A stretch of DNA of 60,881 nucleotides, the filler included, from Porpidia crustulata (Eukaryota): NCBI GenBank assembly GCA_964255105.1. It is 7 parts of 7 records of this genome, joined end to end, with 100 filler letters (N's around TTAATTAATTAA, not from the genome) between each part and the next. Parts side by side here need not be neighbours in the genome. Positions count along the whole stretch, not along the records: positions 1 to 8,616 come from CAXUWE010001085.1; positions 8,717 to 17,332 come from CAXUWE010001086.1; 5 more parts are not named here. One strand, given 5' to 3'. The position numbers and the translations under genes were made by a program. The notes under the pieces were generated by a model, which was not told where the DNA came from, searched no databases, and worked only from the letters and a program-made list of their open reading frames with translations. Position 1 is the stretch's first letter, and each line of letters opens with the position of its first letter. Of this stretch, positions 1 to 12,066 are shown piece by piece.

Positions 1-46
1 GGTTTGGGGTGTGCACGGGACCGGAACGTGCACGGGCCCGGGAATA
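1..46. mobile_element. Probable terminal inverted repeat end of a TA-targeting DNA transposon, cut by contig start
   Basis: Imperfect direct repeat GTGCACGGGACCGG / GTGCACGGGCCCGG with 17-nt period, ending at TA within TACTCC. This internal-repeat layout is typical of fungal Tc1/mariner-pogo TIRs. Confidence 0.4.
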
Positions 47-464
47 CTCCTAATGTAACAATAATAATTGCTGAAGTCGACGCCTTCGATTTTTTATAGA
101 TGTCGCATTTTTTAGATTTATAACACGCTCACGTAATTAAATTCACTACTAAGAAATCGTGTAGTTTTATTGAATTACAATTAACAAAATCAGTAAATAA
201 TAAACGTTGTTGCTGGAGAAAATTGAACGTCGTTGAGCTGTAGACGACATTGACCTGTGCCCCACCCACTTGGAGCCAGGTTCTGCTGTCGCAGACGTCA
301 TCGATCGTAGGACAACTCTTGAGATTATCAACGTCAGAAGATTATAATTTCTACAGATAAATCTTGGAGGGTAAAAGGCATTTTGAGCCTCTCATTCCGC
401 CTTTGCGTGTACCTGATCTCGATAAAGCCCTAGCTCAGTCAGACACACACAACAATCTTCCTCG

Positions 465-914
465 ATGCCAATCATGAATTTTCTCCTTCCCACCTTCAAG
501 GTGGTCAGCGTAGTATTTGCCGGCAGCGCTGTCTTCACCGGTGTACAAGCCCTAGTGGATCCCATCGGTTTCTCACGCACGTTTGGACTACCCGTTACAA
601 CCGTCAAAGACGCAGATAAATCCCAATCGACGCCTACTTCCCACTTTCCCAAATCCAATGCTAACCCGATCATATCGTACGTCTCGCTCATGGGGGTTCG
701 ACAGCTCGCAACGGGAATCACCCTCTTAACGTTTGCCTATCAGAAGAAATGGACGGAGATGGCTACTATTCTTAGCATTCTCGGTATAGTCGTTGCTGGC
801 ACCGATGGGTTCTATCTGTCACGCTCTGGCGCTGGAAATCGAGGGAAATTACATGCTATTCCGGGCGCGCTCATTGCCCTTCTTGCTTGTGCGACTATCC
901 TCACGGATGTCTGA
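465..914 (+). CDS. Small multi-pass membrane protein, DUF4267-like
   Basis: Intact 149-aa ORF with about four hydrophobic helices and motifs P..FSRTFGLP, MGVRQLATG and VAGTDG. Confidence 0.75.
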   Translation: MPIMNFLLPTFKVVSVVFAGSAVFTGVQALVDPIGFSRTFGLPVTTVKDADKSQSTPTSHFPKSNANPIISYVSLMGVRQLATGITLLTFAYQKKWTEMATILSILGIVVAGTDGFYLSRSGAGNRGKLHAIPGALIALLACATILTDV

Positions 915-2116
915 CTTCTGAACGTATATTGTCAAGGCAATTCAACCAAAACAGAAGCAATCCCGATCGTCCTTGCCTGTCTCTTTTGGCGACTGGACTT
1001 TGTTGTTGGCCGCAAGGAGATCTTGATCGAATGGATCCATCTCCTTCGCCTTGGTAGTAACGGCCGGCTCTGCTTTGAGATATGTCGAATCGCGCCTTGA
1101 CAACATCGAGAGTTTCATTATTGAAGCATCTCCAGTCTTGTCCTTGATGTCACTGGTAACTGCATATTTAGGGACTTCTGATCTTCCTCTGCCGCCGCTC
1201 GAATGCATCTTCACTCCCTTCCCCATGTCAAGGTCGCATACGTATATGAAAGATACCTAGGATAGAATTTGCTTCATCTTCTGAACGCTCCGTTTTGACG
1301 CCCAAGACATTTGTTCCTTGACCGCAAAAGTGGGGATCGTTTCCGATGCGTACGACTTTTCTGACCTTCTGAAGATCTTTGATCACGTTCCTTTTAGAGT
1401 TCTGAAATTAATTTCAGCTCTCACATTTCAACTCAATGATGAATGACCGCCGCGGGAGATTTCCAAGCGTTTCCGACAGTTTTCATATTAAAAGACGAAA
1501 CGAGAAGTTGTACATATTTTCTAGCACTTAATAGTAAATCTAAACAACAAATATCCGCTTTCAAATCTTTCGTTTTCAGCGTCCACGCTTGCAATTTCGC
1601 TGGATAACAAGCTGCTATATCCAAACCATATCCACGAACTCGATCCATGAAGTCAATAAATTTATAAACAATTCCCCTTTAAGCCCAGCCTTCCCAGCCT
1701 CCCTTTTTTTCGTATCTCCTTTCAGACCAGAAAAGAAATTTGCCTGGTTTTTAGCGCTCAGTTCTTCAAAAACGCCCTCAATGGATTTCACTGTCGAAAA
1801 AGGTCGTATTAGTTGATATGAATCGTCTGCATATTCATAGTGAGATTTTGTAAGTTTCGAGAGACACACGCTTGACGATTGCTGACAATAAGGCAGCGAA
1901 GAGTTTGACGTGTGTTCTCATTACTTAAAAAGAAGACATAAGGCTGGAAGACAAAAGATGAAGTATAGAGGGAGCAGTGAGGGAGCAGCGAGGGAGCACT
2001 ATAGTCCTCGCGATAAATCAAAGATTGCTTTTGAATAATAGCTGGCGGAAGCCAAAAGCATATATGCCGTATGTAATTGGCAAGCTCGCTGGGAAGAAAA
2101 TTGTTGATGGTAGCGA

Positions 2117-5083
2117 TCATTGTTCCAAGTAAGATTGGTATGGCCGCTTCTGTAGCTTCTTACGGCGGTGCCCGAAGATAATCGCGCCTTGTTGCTCGAG
2201 ATTAGTAGCAGCCTGCGGACGAACACATGTCCTAACCAGCTCCTGAGTGCGATGACATGGCGAACGACGGTCGTGTGAACAATCTGCAAAAGGTGCAACA
2301 TCACGATGGAGGCTGCCAAAACAGAGCGGGGCCGAGCTTCGAGCAGGCATTTGGTTCTGGAAAGCGCTTGGACAATTGCAAAATGCACTTGACGCTGGCT
2401 ACGAGGTAGTCCTGTTCTGTCGGTACTGACTTCCACATATTGCAGAGTTCCTGCGTGTCAGGTTTAGGAACAATTACTTCACCAAGCCCACTACAAAGTA
2501 AGACAATTATATTTGGGTCACTCGCCAGACCGTTCCAATTACCTTTGAATTCTCTGGTAACTGGTTTTTTGCTGCGCTAAAAGGGTCTCGAGTCACAAGT
2601 TCCATCAAATCCCAGCCGGTCAAATGATCTGCTGAGGGTTCATGGTCTGCTCCAGCCACGATTGCGTGTTCCAGTTTGAGCCAATACTTTTCGACCAAGT
2701 CTTTCAACATGTATGACTTGTTGTCGTCTTTCGAGACATAGAGCTGGAGGTTGCTGTTCCCGTAAATGATTTCTTGTGCCTCTCGACCAATGTTCCACGC
2801 AGGATTTGCGTACGGCAAGTCTGGAAAGTGCATTGTGGGAAAACTATCCTTCTGCAGAGCCGCCCAGATATGAATCATGTGAAGAATGACGCCCAGGGCT
2901 GGGACCATCCAGGCTCGACGGTCAGAAGTGTCGTAGAGTATTAGAGGCATGGTGCTGCTGTAAGAGAGAATTCCTTCATAAGAATGCTCTTCTCTTGTCA
3001 GAGATTGTCTCTTTGGCTTATTAAAATGTGCGGCGGCGGAAGGTCCTCCAAATTTGGGCATTGTGAAACCAAGGGTGAATTCGGAGAATATAGGCTTTCG
3101 ACTTGGGAAATATGCTTGAGAAAATCCGATGCGATCATAAGCCGTGTCATCGGTGCCGAGATGGATGTCGACACTCTTATAACACCCAAGGAAAGTCCTT
3201 CCTTGGGCTAGAACTTTTAAGTCCGTGAGTGGCCATAACGCTCGACTATGCTCCTCGCCCAACAGTGCCAGTGGTATCGGTGTTGGCTTTCGGGCGCCAT
3301 TGAACAGACTTCTGATTCGAATTGGTCGTTAGAGGTGGAGGTGACTTTGGAAAGATGATTGTAGAGAATCCTTTGAGAACTAGGCCTCTTTTATATTCCA
3401 TAGGACCGATTATTCCCGCAAAAAATGTCATTGCCTCGAAGGGAAGCTCAACACCAACTTCTCCATCTCGCGGTTTTATTGGAAATCCATGTGCCAGGAC
3501 TCCATTAAGGAAAAGTGGATGCCAGCAAGCTTGAGGTATTGCTTCAATGTCTTGAAGCTGAGGAAGCTTCAAATTAAAGACATTAAAATCTGGTGTTTCA
3601 CAAATAATAAAGTCTGAACGGGCAAATTTCCCCTCATTTGGAATGCGAAATACTGCGCTCAGCCAAGCTAATTGTTGGCCTACGCCAATCACGGCTTCTC
3701 TCGAACCATTCGCAACAATAATAGCTTTCTCTTTAAATTGGGAGACATCCCCAGCCCGTAAATTACATGAAATTGTCGTTCCTGAGGATGGTGAATCTTC
3801 TTAATTGGACGTCAGCTCCGGTTCAAGGCAAAGAACATCATGTTTACCATGCCAGCCAGCTTTGATAGCCTTTTCTAGGGCGATGAGAACAAGCTCTCCT
3901 GTTACAGTCCAGGTTCTGCGACAATAGTCCAGACATGACGATGCCTCAGCGTCTACAATGTCCCCACTTACTGTAAGCGCATGTACAAGCGTGTCTCCCT
4001 CCTCAAGCTCGCTATTTGTATACTGTATAAGCTGCCACTCAACATGAAAAGTCGCTGGGCACAGCTTTGATGCGGATAATGTTGGTTGAAGGACTCGGTG
4101 GACATATTGAAGAGGGGAACAGATTTACTTGGTTATACTGTGCTTAAAATTGCAGTATGAGACGCCCCTTGTTGACCATGTGATAGTATCCTTCGTCAGT
4201 GACTGAGGAATAATGTCTAATCCATCATCGGAGGAATTGCTTGCACTATTATCATCTTCTACAAAATTCGGAGCGTCGTCTGCAGCATCATCTACCTGCT
4301 TATTGCCGACAGAGCCGATTCCATGATCTCCGGCTCCGGCATGATCTCTAGGGTCTCGGCTGGCCGTCTCCACTGCACCCATACCAGACGTTGGCTCTAC
4401 GGCAGTATCGTCTCGCGGGGCTTGGTTCACCTGGCGTAGACCCTGTAAATACTTTTCGACGCCAGCCTCTACTGTCTGGTCCACTAGATCTTCATGTTGC
4501 CAACCCTTTCTAGTTGTGGAAGGTGTCAAGAGTTGACACATACGAAAAGCGAAGTAGGCGCAATATCTACGAAGGATCCGGATTGAACCTTTCTGGGTTT
4601 CTGTCAGATTTTCTGTGTGTAGTGCAGAGCAAAAGCTCCTAGTCTCGCGCTTGAAAATATGGATGAATAGAGACTCCCCCTTGATTTCAGCATTTTCTCA
4701 CAGAGGTCTTTCATATCAGGATCCAAAAAGACTTCAAAAGTGAGAAGTTTGAAAATCTCTTCTGGAAGCTTATTCTCGAGAGAAGTGACTGATGACGCTG
4801 GAAACGACCGTTCCAAGGTTGGCGGAAGCGCAAGATTTACAGTGGATGAAGTCGAGCCAGAAAATGAGACAGTGTTGTCCTCATCACCAACATGCCTGCT
4901 GTCACAAATAGACGAGAAGGTTGAAGCTGCATCAGTGAGCAGCCTTATCAAACTCTGATGATCTCCTGCAGATGCAGCTTGAAGAGCGTTATCATAGCGG
5001 TCACCCTCTGCATTGACGTCCGCCCCTCCCTTCAACAACAGTCGCACCACGGCCTGATGACCACCAGCAGAGGCAGCTTGAAG
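2117..5083 (-). pseudogene. Decayed gene: ankyrin repeats plus a large unnamed Pezizomycotina domain often seen in Pfs/NACHT-associated proteins
   Basis: ANK repeats LQAASAGGHQAVVRLLLKGGADVNAEG..YDNALQAAS. Downstream blocks QQLAWLSAVFR, CWHPLF..VLAHGFPI, GLVLKGFST, RTFLG, GWDLMELV and GAIIFG. Frameshifts near 4680, 3290 and 2540; in-frame TAA at 4125-4127. Confidence 0.75.
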
Positions 5084-5183
5084 NNNNNNNNNNNNNNNNN
5101 NNNNNNNNNNNNNNNNNNNNNNNNNNNNNNNNNNNNNNNNNNNNNNNNNNNNNNNNNNNNNNNNNNNNNNNNNNNNNNNNNNN

Positions 5184-6818
5184 CCTCTACAACCTGTATC
5201 AGTAGCTCTTCTACCTGTGTCAATCGTCCTTGCTTCCAGTAAATTGATGCTAGACTGCTCATATCAATCAACGTGTCTGGATGCTCTTCATCTAGCACTC
5301 GCTTATCTGTTTTTACAACTTGTATCAGTAGCTCTTCCGCCTGTGCCAATCGTTCTTGCTTCCGATAAATTGATGCTAGACTGGTCATGCTGCTTAATGT
5401 GTCTGTATGATCTTCACCTAACATTGTAATCCTCGCTTGCAAACTTGCTCGAGCCATTTCTTCTGCTTTATCGAACCATCTTTGCTCTTCTGCATACCAA
5501 GACGCACAGAATAGTACTGTTGCCCATGGTTCCAGAAAGCTTGATCGCTCAACCCGGTATTTTAAAATACCTTCGGCGTGAGGAAACAGGATTTGGCACT
5601 GCTTCCAGTTCTCATACCGTCCGTCTGGAAATGCCTTCGCCATCTTCTTGACATACCTCTCCTGCCACCCTTCCTGTTTGTCATGCTATTCGAACCACTT
5701 CTTCACTGAGAGTTGTACCAGCCGATGCATCCTAAGCGTATTTGTTGGATTCACCCAAATTAGGCAGTAGGCTTGAAGCATCTTTATATCATCCGGAAGG
5801 TCGACGTCGAACTCAGAATCATCAATCTTGATGTCTTTATGGTAGCTTTCGAGGAGGTCTACGGGGATTGCCTCGTGGTCAAAGCAGCTCAGAAAGGCGA
5901 GTAATCATGCAGCTGAAGAATGTACTTGTCGGATATACTCAAATGAGACGTTTAGTGTCATGATAATGGAATTCAAAGAATCTCTATCCCATTGCAGATC
6001 GCCTAAGTCACGCTGCAAAAGCCGCGTCCCCCTGTCGCCGCGTTGCAGTACCTCCAGATACTGTGACACAGTCATGCAAGGGTAAAGTTAGTTTATGAAC
6101 GCCGCCGCCTGTATAAGCGCCAGTGATACTCCATCCAAACTCTGCACCAAGGCCTTTACGTCTTCCGCGCTCGCTGACACCGTGAGCTTCTTACGCAGAA
6201 GAGTTCCTGCCATGTTTAAATCCTTCGAGCCCACCTGAATAATATTTTTTGAAGCGCCAGTCAGCCGAAAGGCTACATCACGGCTGCGAGACGTTATCAG
6301 GACGGGTCCATTAGCAGTCATTGGAAGATTGTCAAATAGTGAACGATTTTCGTGGCCGGCCTGATCATGTTGGATCCTCCATGGACCACAAACCACGTCC
6401 ATACTGTCCGCATCGTCAATGATCAGCACCCATGGGCTATGCGTGGCAAGCCAGCGACTGACTAATTTCAGGGTGTCAGCCTTTACTTCATCCCAGCCGG
6501 GCGCCTGTGTCTTCTCTGCAATCCCCTGAAGCCCTTCTTCTACCCGCGTTGTCGAGCTTGCGTACACCCAAAACACCCAGGTATCCGGTCGCTCCTCTTG
6601 GATCCGATAGGTATATTCGATGGCTATTTGGGACTTTCTGTACATATCATCAGCTTAGATCATTAGTGTCGTGCTACGAGATAGACATATTTACCCCACA
6701 CCACCTATCCCCACCAAAGCTAACCAAGAGGCTGATTTGTATAGTCAAGTGCACTGTGATTTACAAAGTCACCGTTGCGGCGAGAGGGCACAGTGGATAG
6801 TGGGCGTGGATGAGACAT
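5184..6818 (-). pseudogene. Fungal NLR-like NB-ARC + TPR (kinesin-light-chain type) pseudogene
   Basis: P-loop GIGGVG|KSQ split by an intron (about 6640-6694), Walker B WVLIIDDAD, LITSR and MHRLVQ motifs, 42-aa TPRs (HPDTL..M.SLASIY.KQGRL.QAEEL). Premature stops at 6088-6090, 5905-5907 and 5686-5688, plus a frameshift near 6735. Confidence 0.85.
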
Positions 6819-7249
6819 TTTAGCCGTTTAAGATGTCAGCTAAGGAACCTAGGGGATTAGAAAGGACTCTTACTGATTAAAATCAATGTATACTGTTCAT
6901 TGCTGGAAGTAAGGTGGTATTATACTCTCTACTGCTAGAATGTTCGGAAAAATGAGCTCCTCCTCGGAACACAACGTGCAGTCGGTGAATCAAAAATAGC
7001 AGCTACCACTTGTATATCCTGAGCTTCAAAGAGTGGCAAAGTAGAGAGCTGGGTTTTGCCAGCGACGTCCCGGATTCAGCTTTTCACTTTTGTGGTTCAA
7101 AAAGTCGTGAGAGGAGTGCTCAAGGGAAGCTCAGCCGAGGCTCTCTTTATACTCAGGTCAAAGCCATATTTATTCAGTTTCAGATCGAATCGCCGACATA
7201 TCTCTCACTGTTGTCGTGCAGTCTGCACCGACCGTTAATAATTTATAAT

Positions 7250-8562
7250 TAAAGAGAAGTGTAGCCGGGCTGAATACAGCTAGATACTTCAATTGAAGCT
7301 CTAAATGCTACGCCCCACCTACCACGAAACTCTGCTCCCTCAATACTCCCTCGTGCTCCCTCGTACCTTCGCAATCGAAACCGGCAATTGTCAATCCTAA
7401 GTTCGGGGTACATATATATATATATAGCATCCTCGAACTGAGTGCAACACGTGATCACCCGCTGACTAAGGAACCGTCGCTTTGCTCCCGCGCTAAAGCC
7501 TATTTCGTCGTCTTGCTCCCTCATGCTCCCTTGATGCTTCTTCTGCTTTTTCTGTGCTTTCTCATGCTTTCTCTTTGCTTTCTCGTGCTCTCTTTCTGCT
7601 TTCTCGTGCTTTCTCTCTGCTCTCTCGTGCTCTCTCTCTGCTCTTTCATACTTTTTCTCAGTTTCTTTCTGCTGTCTTGTCGCTTACTTTCGTTATTCTG
7701 CTCTGCAACTTTAAACGATGAGCAGTGATTCAGCTCGCGATAAATCTGAAAGAAATCAGTTGTGACTTCATCATTTATCATGTTATAGTTTACTCTTTTT
7801 TTCTTAATTCTTCTTCTCATCTTTATCTGTCTGTCGCAAATCTTCAGCGTTCAAAACGCGAATTTTTTTTTCTATTTCATTATCTTTTATGTTCTTTATA
7901 TCTGTTAATTCTTTCTTCGCTGTAAAGATTTCATTAATCAGTGTTTTTTCGTCTTTCTGCGATTCTCGCTTTTTACTTATCTTTATGACGAAGAAGAAGA
8001 AAATCGCTGCGCAGTTTTTTAATGATTCAGAAACAAATGATTTAAAGTCTTTAACTATAGTTAACGTCAATGATGACAAGATCTTTAAACATCTTGAATC
8101 TAATACTGAGATTAATTATAACAGAATGTTAATTCTTTAAAATGAATAAATTCTTATTTCTTTCTTTATTATTTTAAAATACTACAGATTTATGACTGAC
8201 AACGTGTTGTTACGTTGAAACAGATACGAAAGAAGAAATTCTGATGTTAATTCTTACGAGATTAAAGTCGCGAAGCAGTTTATAAAAAATGTTATGCGTG
8301 ACTGCTGTGCTGATAAGAACGAATCGTTCATGTATATTATGCTTTAGAAATAAACAGACTTTAACGTTAATTAAAAACGACGATTTAATAACGACAAAAT
8401 TTCTTTCGAAATGTTAAAATCTATTTATTTTGTTTGTATTTAGAGTTTTAACTTGCTTTTTCTTTATTCGCAAAATTTGACAATTTTTATTAGTATATAC
8501 AAATTGAGTTACGAAAGAAGTTTAAACTTTTAATCACTTAACGAATTCAACAATTTATAACA
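7250..8562. mobile_element. AT-rich hypermutated repeat/transposon relic with internal tandem repeats
   Basis: Very AT-rich with no CC/GG in 7531-8567. Degenerate TGCTCCCTC-type tandem units at 7330-7365 and 7515-7650. Broken K/E/R-rich frames on the minus strand. Confidence 0.65.
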
Positions 8563-8616
8563 TGTTAGGGCTTAAAGCTAGCTTGCTAGCTTGGTATCAT
8601 CCGTGCGCAGGGACGA
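8563..8616 (+). mobile_element. Possible LTR terminus (TGTTAGGG...) cut by contig end
   Basis: Abrupt return to normal base composition starting at TGTTAG, a common start for fungal LTRs, just before the contig break. Confidence 0.3.
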
Positions 8617-8716
8617 NNNNNNNNNNNNNNNNNNNNNNNNNNNNNNNNNNNNNNNNNNNNTTAATTAATTAANNNNNNNNNNNNNNNNNNNNNNNNNNNN
8701 NNNNNNNNNNNNNNNN
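8617..8716. other. Artificial contig linker
   Basis: N44-TTAATTAATTAA-N44, which places stops in all six frames. Confidence 0.98.
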
Positions 8717-9198
8717 CTTTTGACGGTTGCGAGGGTAGAGGGGATGGAGAGCTCGGAGTAGGTGAGGGAGACGGAGATGCCTTCTGCGTGCAGGTGGTGC
8801 CGGTTATCGGGCATTATGGGATACCGAGCTGGCTCACATGGGTGATGAATGCATGGATTTGTAGCTGATGGGGAATGATGGTTCGTTCATGGTAGCTCAT
8901 GCTAAGTCACTTCTGCTTGTATTTACAAGCCGTACGATTTATTGCCCAATTCTCCGCACGCCGTGGGGAATGGAGAATGAAGTTGAACGTTGCCTGATTC
9001 GAGCGGACGAATAGTGGGGCTTTTTGCCAAGAGTTTTGGACGTCAATTTCACCGAAACTATCCCCGGTGGCAGCTAAGCTTGTTACAAGAGGCAGCAGTA
9101 TGCTAAAAATGGCTGGCTTCTATTCTCTTCTCGATACATGATTAATGGTGTTCAGCACGATGGGTGTAAGAGCCCTGCCTTAACAGATCCAAGTCTTT

Positions 9199-10061
9199 AT
9201 GTCTCTCTGGAAGAGACTCCGCACAACCTCCCACAGCGCCGTGAACAACAATAACGCCTCAGGACTGCTCCCAAAGATGGCCTCCAACTCTCAAAGAGCC
9301 CTCGACAGTGCCCACCCAGCCGTCGCAGCCCCGTCGTCCAGTCTTCCGGTGGTAGCGAGCTTTGATAGCAGCCATCTCATAGATGCCGGCGTTGTAATTT
9401 TTCATGTCGCATCCTCTCGAGTGGTTCTTTGCTATCATAGTGTCGATCAATATTGGTTTCTTCCCAAAGGCCGTCGAGATGCCAGCGAAGACAGTGGCGC
9501 CGGTGCTGAAAGGGAAGGATTCGAAGAGGTAACCACGATGTCTTCTCCGATCATCAGGGGGTCTAACAGCTTAAGCAGTCTGGTTACCGCAACCGGCTTT
9601 TACCCATCCCTACCAGTCACCGCCAACCCAGTCCTCACGGCCCGTCTGTCCCCTCACCTTCGCCTTATTCCACGGAGCCCGTCTGGACTCAATTAATGCC
9701 GCAATCCCGCAAGATCCAGTACATTCTCTTCTGGTATATCGCCGAGACCCTTCCACCTGACCTAGAATCTTCCTTGCAAGCTCAGACAGAGGCAAATGAA
9801 AACGCCTACCAGTATCCACCCAGATATCCGGCAGATCTGACCCTTGTGCAAAGAAGCCAGCTGGAACCTGAGGGGTATGAGCCGGTCAGGCATGAAAATA
9901 CAGGAGTCGACGCCGAAGAGGCGCTGTATGAATCGTACTTGCTACCCATTGATGAAGCCATTAAGAAGCTTGAGCGAAGTCCAAGCGCTGACTCGGTTCG
10001 AAGGGGCTGGGCCGCGATTTGCCTTAGGTATGAGATGGAAGAGGGCAAAGCAAAGACCTAA
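9199..10061 (+). CDS. NUDIX hydrolase family protein (2 exons)
   Basis: Nudix box WFLPKGRRDASEDSGAGAEREGFEE|SG is restored by a GT-AG intron at 9529-9578 (branch CTAAC). Exon 2 is open to the stop at 10061. Alternative ATG at 9277. Confidence 0.85.
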
Positions 10062-12066
10062 GCAGACGCCTTGTATGAGCATCGCATGATAAAACCGTTG
10101 CAAGGATTCGAGAAGGTATAGGCTGCACCTAGAGGAACGAGTATTCGCAACAATCTCAATGGACAGCCTCGTTGCCTCCTGTAATCAATTGAAGGGGACG
10201 CGAGACACCGATCAACTAAAGCAGTCCTCGATATCTCCATTCGCCAAGAAGACTATTCGTGATCACTTGTTCAATGTGGATTAGCCCATCGCACATACAG
10301 CGACATCGACGAACTCTTCTTGAACCGAATCCTCATTTCCGCCGCCGAGCTATCTCAAAGACAGGCGTGGGTGGTAGATAACGGGGCATGGCGTATTGTC
10401 AGGCACTTGGATATTCCAATGCCGTGAGAGAGCGTCCTAAATGTTGTTCTTTGCCTTAAGAAGTCAAGAAGCCGTGGAGGAACGCAATACAACCATTTTC
10501 GGTCTTCCACATAGCTGTGGATATGGATCAGTCTTTTGTGTTTGAGCCAGGGGATTCTCAAGGCCGGATATTATCTTGCTTGACGAGATGCGAAGTTAGT
10601 ATATCTGAAATCGCACCACCTCATTTGGATATCTTTATTTTTGCGACCCTAATTTTCCCTGCAGAATTGCGGTTGGATATCGAAAAATAGGCATGCCTTC
10701 CTATCAGAGGAAAGACGCTCACATCAATCAAAGAAGACTACCCATTAGTAGATCAATGCTCTTTTATAATTGCTTGGGTTTGAAGGTTCTAAGAGGGTGT
10801 CCAAAGAGCTAAAGTAAACATCGCTGTTTACCAGCAACAACATTGTGAGTCACCAGTATTGAGTATTACGCATGCGGAGAATCTCCTTGATCTAATTCTA
10901 AATAAAACAACAAACAAAAACAACGCGATCGGTGAGGAGGGGATACATGACGTTGAGCAACAAAAATTAATATCGATGAAAAGGGAGAGAAAGGGGGAGG
11001 GTAAAGGGGAAGGGAAAGTAAAACAAAATGGACCAAAAAGAAGATAGCAGAAGGGAAGGGGGGCTGGGGTATGGTGTAGGATGCAGGAGATAATGCGCGA
11101 AGGGAAACCAAAACACCAACAACCCCAACGCCATAAGAGCATGCCCTTGAAAAACCTAATATCTTCCACATCCCCTAACTGCCAGGATCTCCATCCTCCC
11201 ATGTTTCGCCATTTTCTCTTTCCTCCGTCACTCGAAGATCCATCATCCTCTACTACTCGGCCATCCTCCAACCTCCAACAATCGGCTAGCTCCTTCGGTC
11301 ATCCTCCGCTACTTCGCCGCTCACCATTTTGCTTTCTAACGCCTGCTTCGAGACTCCAACGATAGTCTCCTACCTTTGTGCAATGAACGAGGGAAATCTG
11401 GTCTGTGGTTCTTGGTTCTTGGGTTCCTGATTTGAGGAATCGCCGTGGCAAGGTGGCTGGGGACCACTACTGGGCAGCCGCTGAGGCTCTGTGTTCTATT
11501 ACCTCTCCAGAGGTTAGGGGATACCTCTGAATTTTGGGGCTTTTGGAATTTCTTGAGCGGCGAGAGCTGCCGCCAAGGTGGTGCTGGGGTGCCCTTGAGT
11601 GGATGGGTTCTATCCCACTGAGGTGTGATGAGAAATCGCTGAGGATTGGTAATTTCCTACATTGTCCATGGACCAAGACCTTATTCTTTTGATCAAATTT
11701 TTTCTCTTGAAAAATAATGGTAGGTGGTTCCGAGAGGCTGCTGAGGACCGCAGAGGGAGTGAGTTCTGCCTCGTTCCATCTGTTGTCCCTTCCCATTCTG
11801 AGTGATGGAAGGCAGTATTGCTAGAGTGTTGCTTTGACTACCAAGGAAACCGATGGGTAGAGCAATAAGAACGTTGTCCACAATTTCCAAAGTTTATCTC
11901 CGTCGTTCGATCTGGGCTTCCAGATCTGTCCCTTGAGTCATTATAAGAACCGGCTTTCTATCTCCGATGCTCCTCGCTCGCGCCGCTCCGTGCCTTCATT
12001 TCTAGGGGGCAGCAAATTTCCGAAGATATTTGGCGTATGCACATTAGCTCCCGCTGGTCCACCACT

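Noticed and set aside
942..1870. Minus-strand coding-like fragments (942-1226, 1433-1648, 1615-1869)
   Set aside because: Possibly a decayed gene, but I cannot assign a family or build a consistent gene model.
6818..7010. Amyloid signalling motif or effector exon upstream of the NLR
   Set aside because: An intron-like stretch exists, but no frame gives a convincing G/N/Q-rich motif and no adjacent HeLo-type partner is present.
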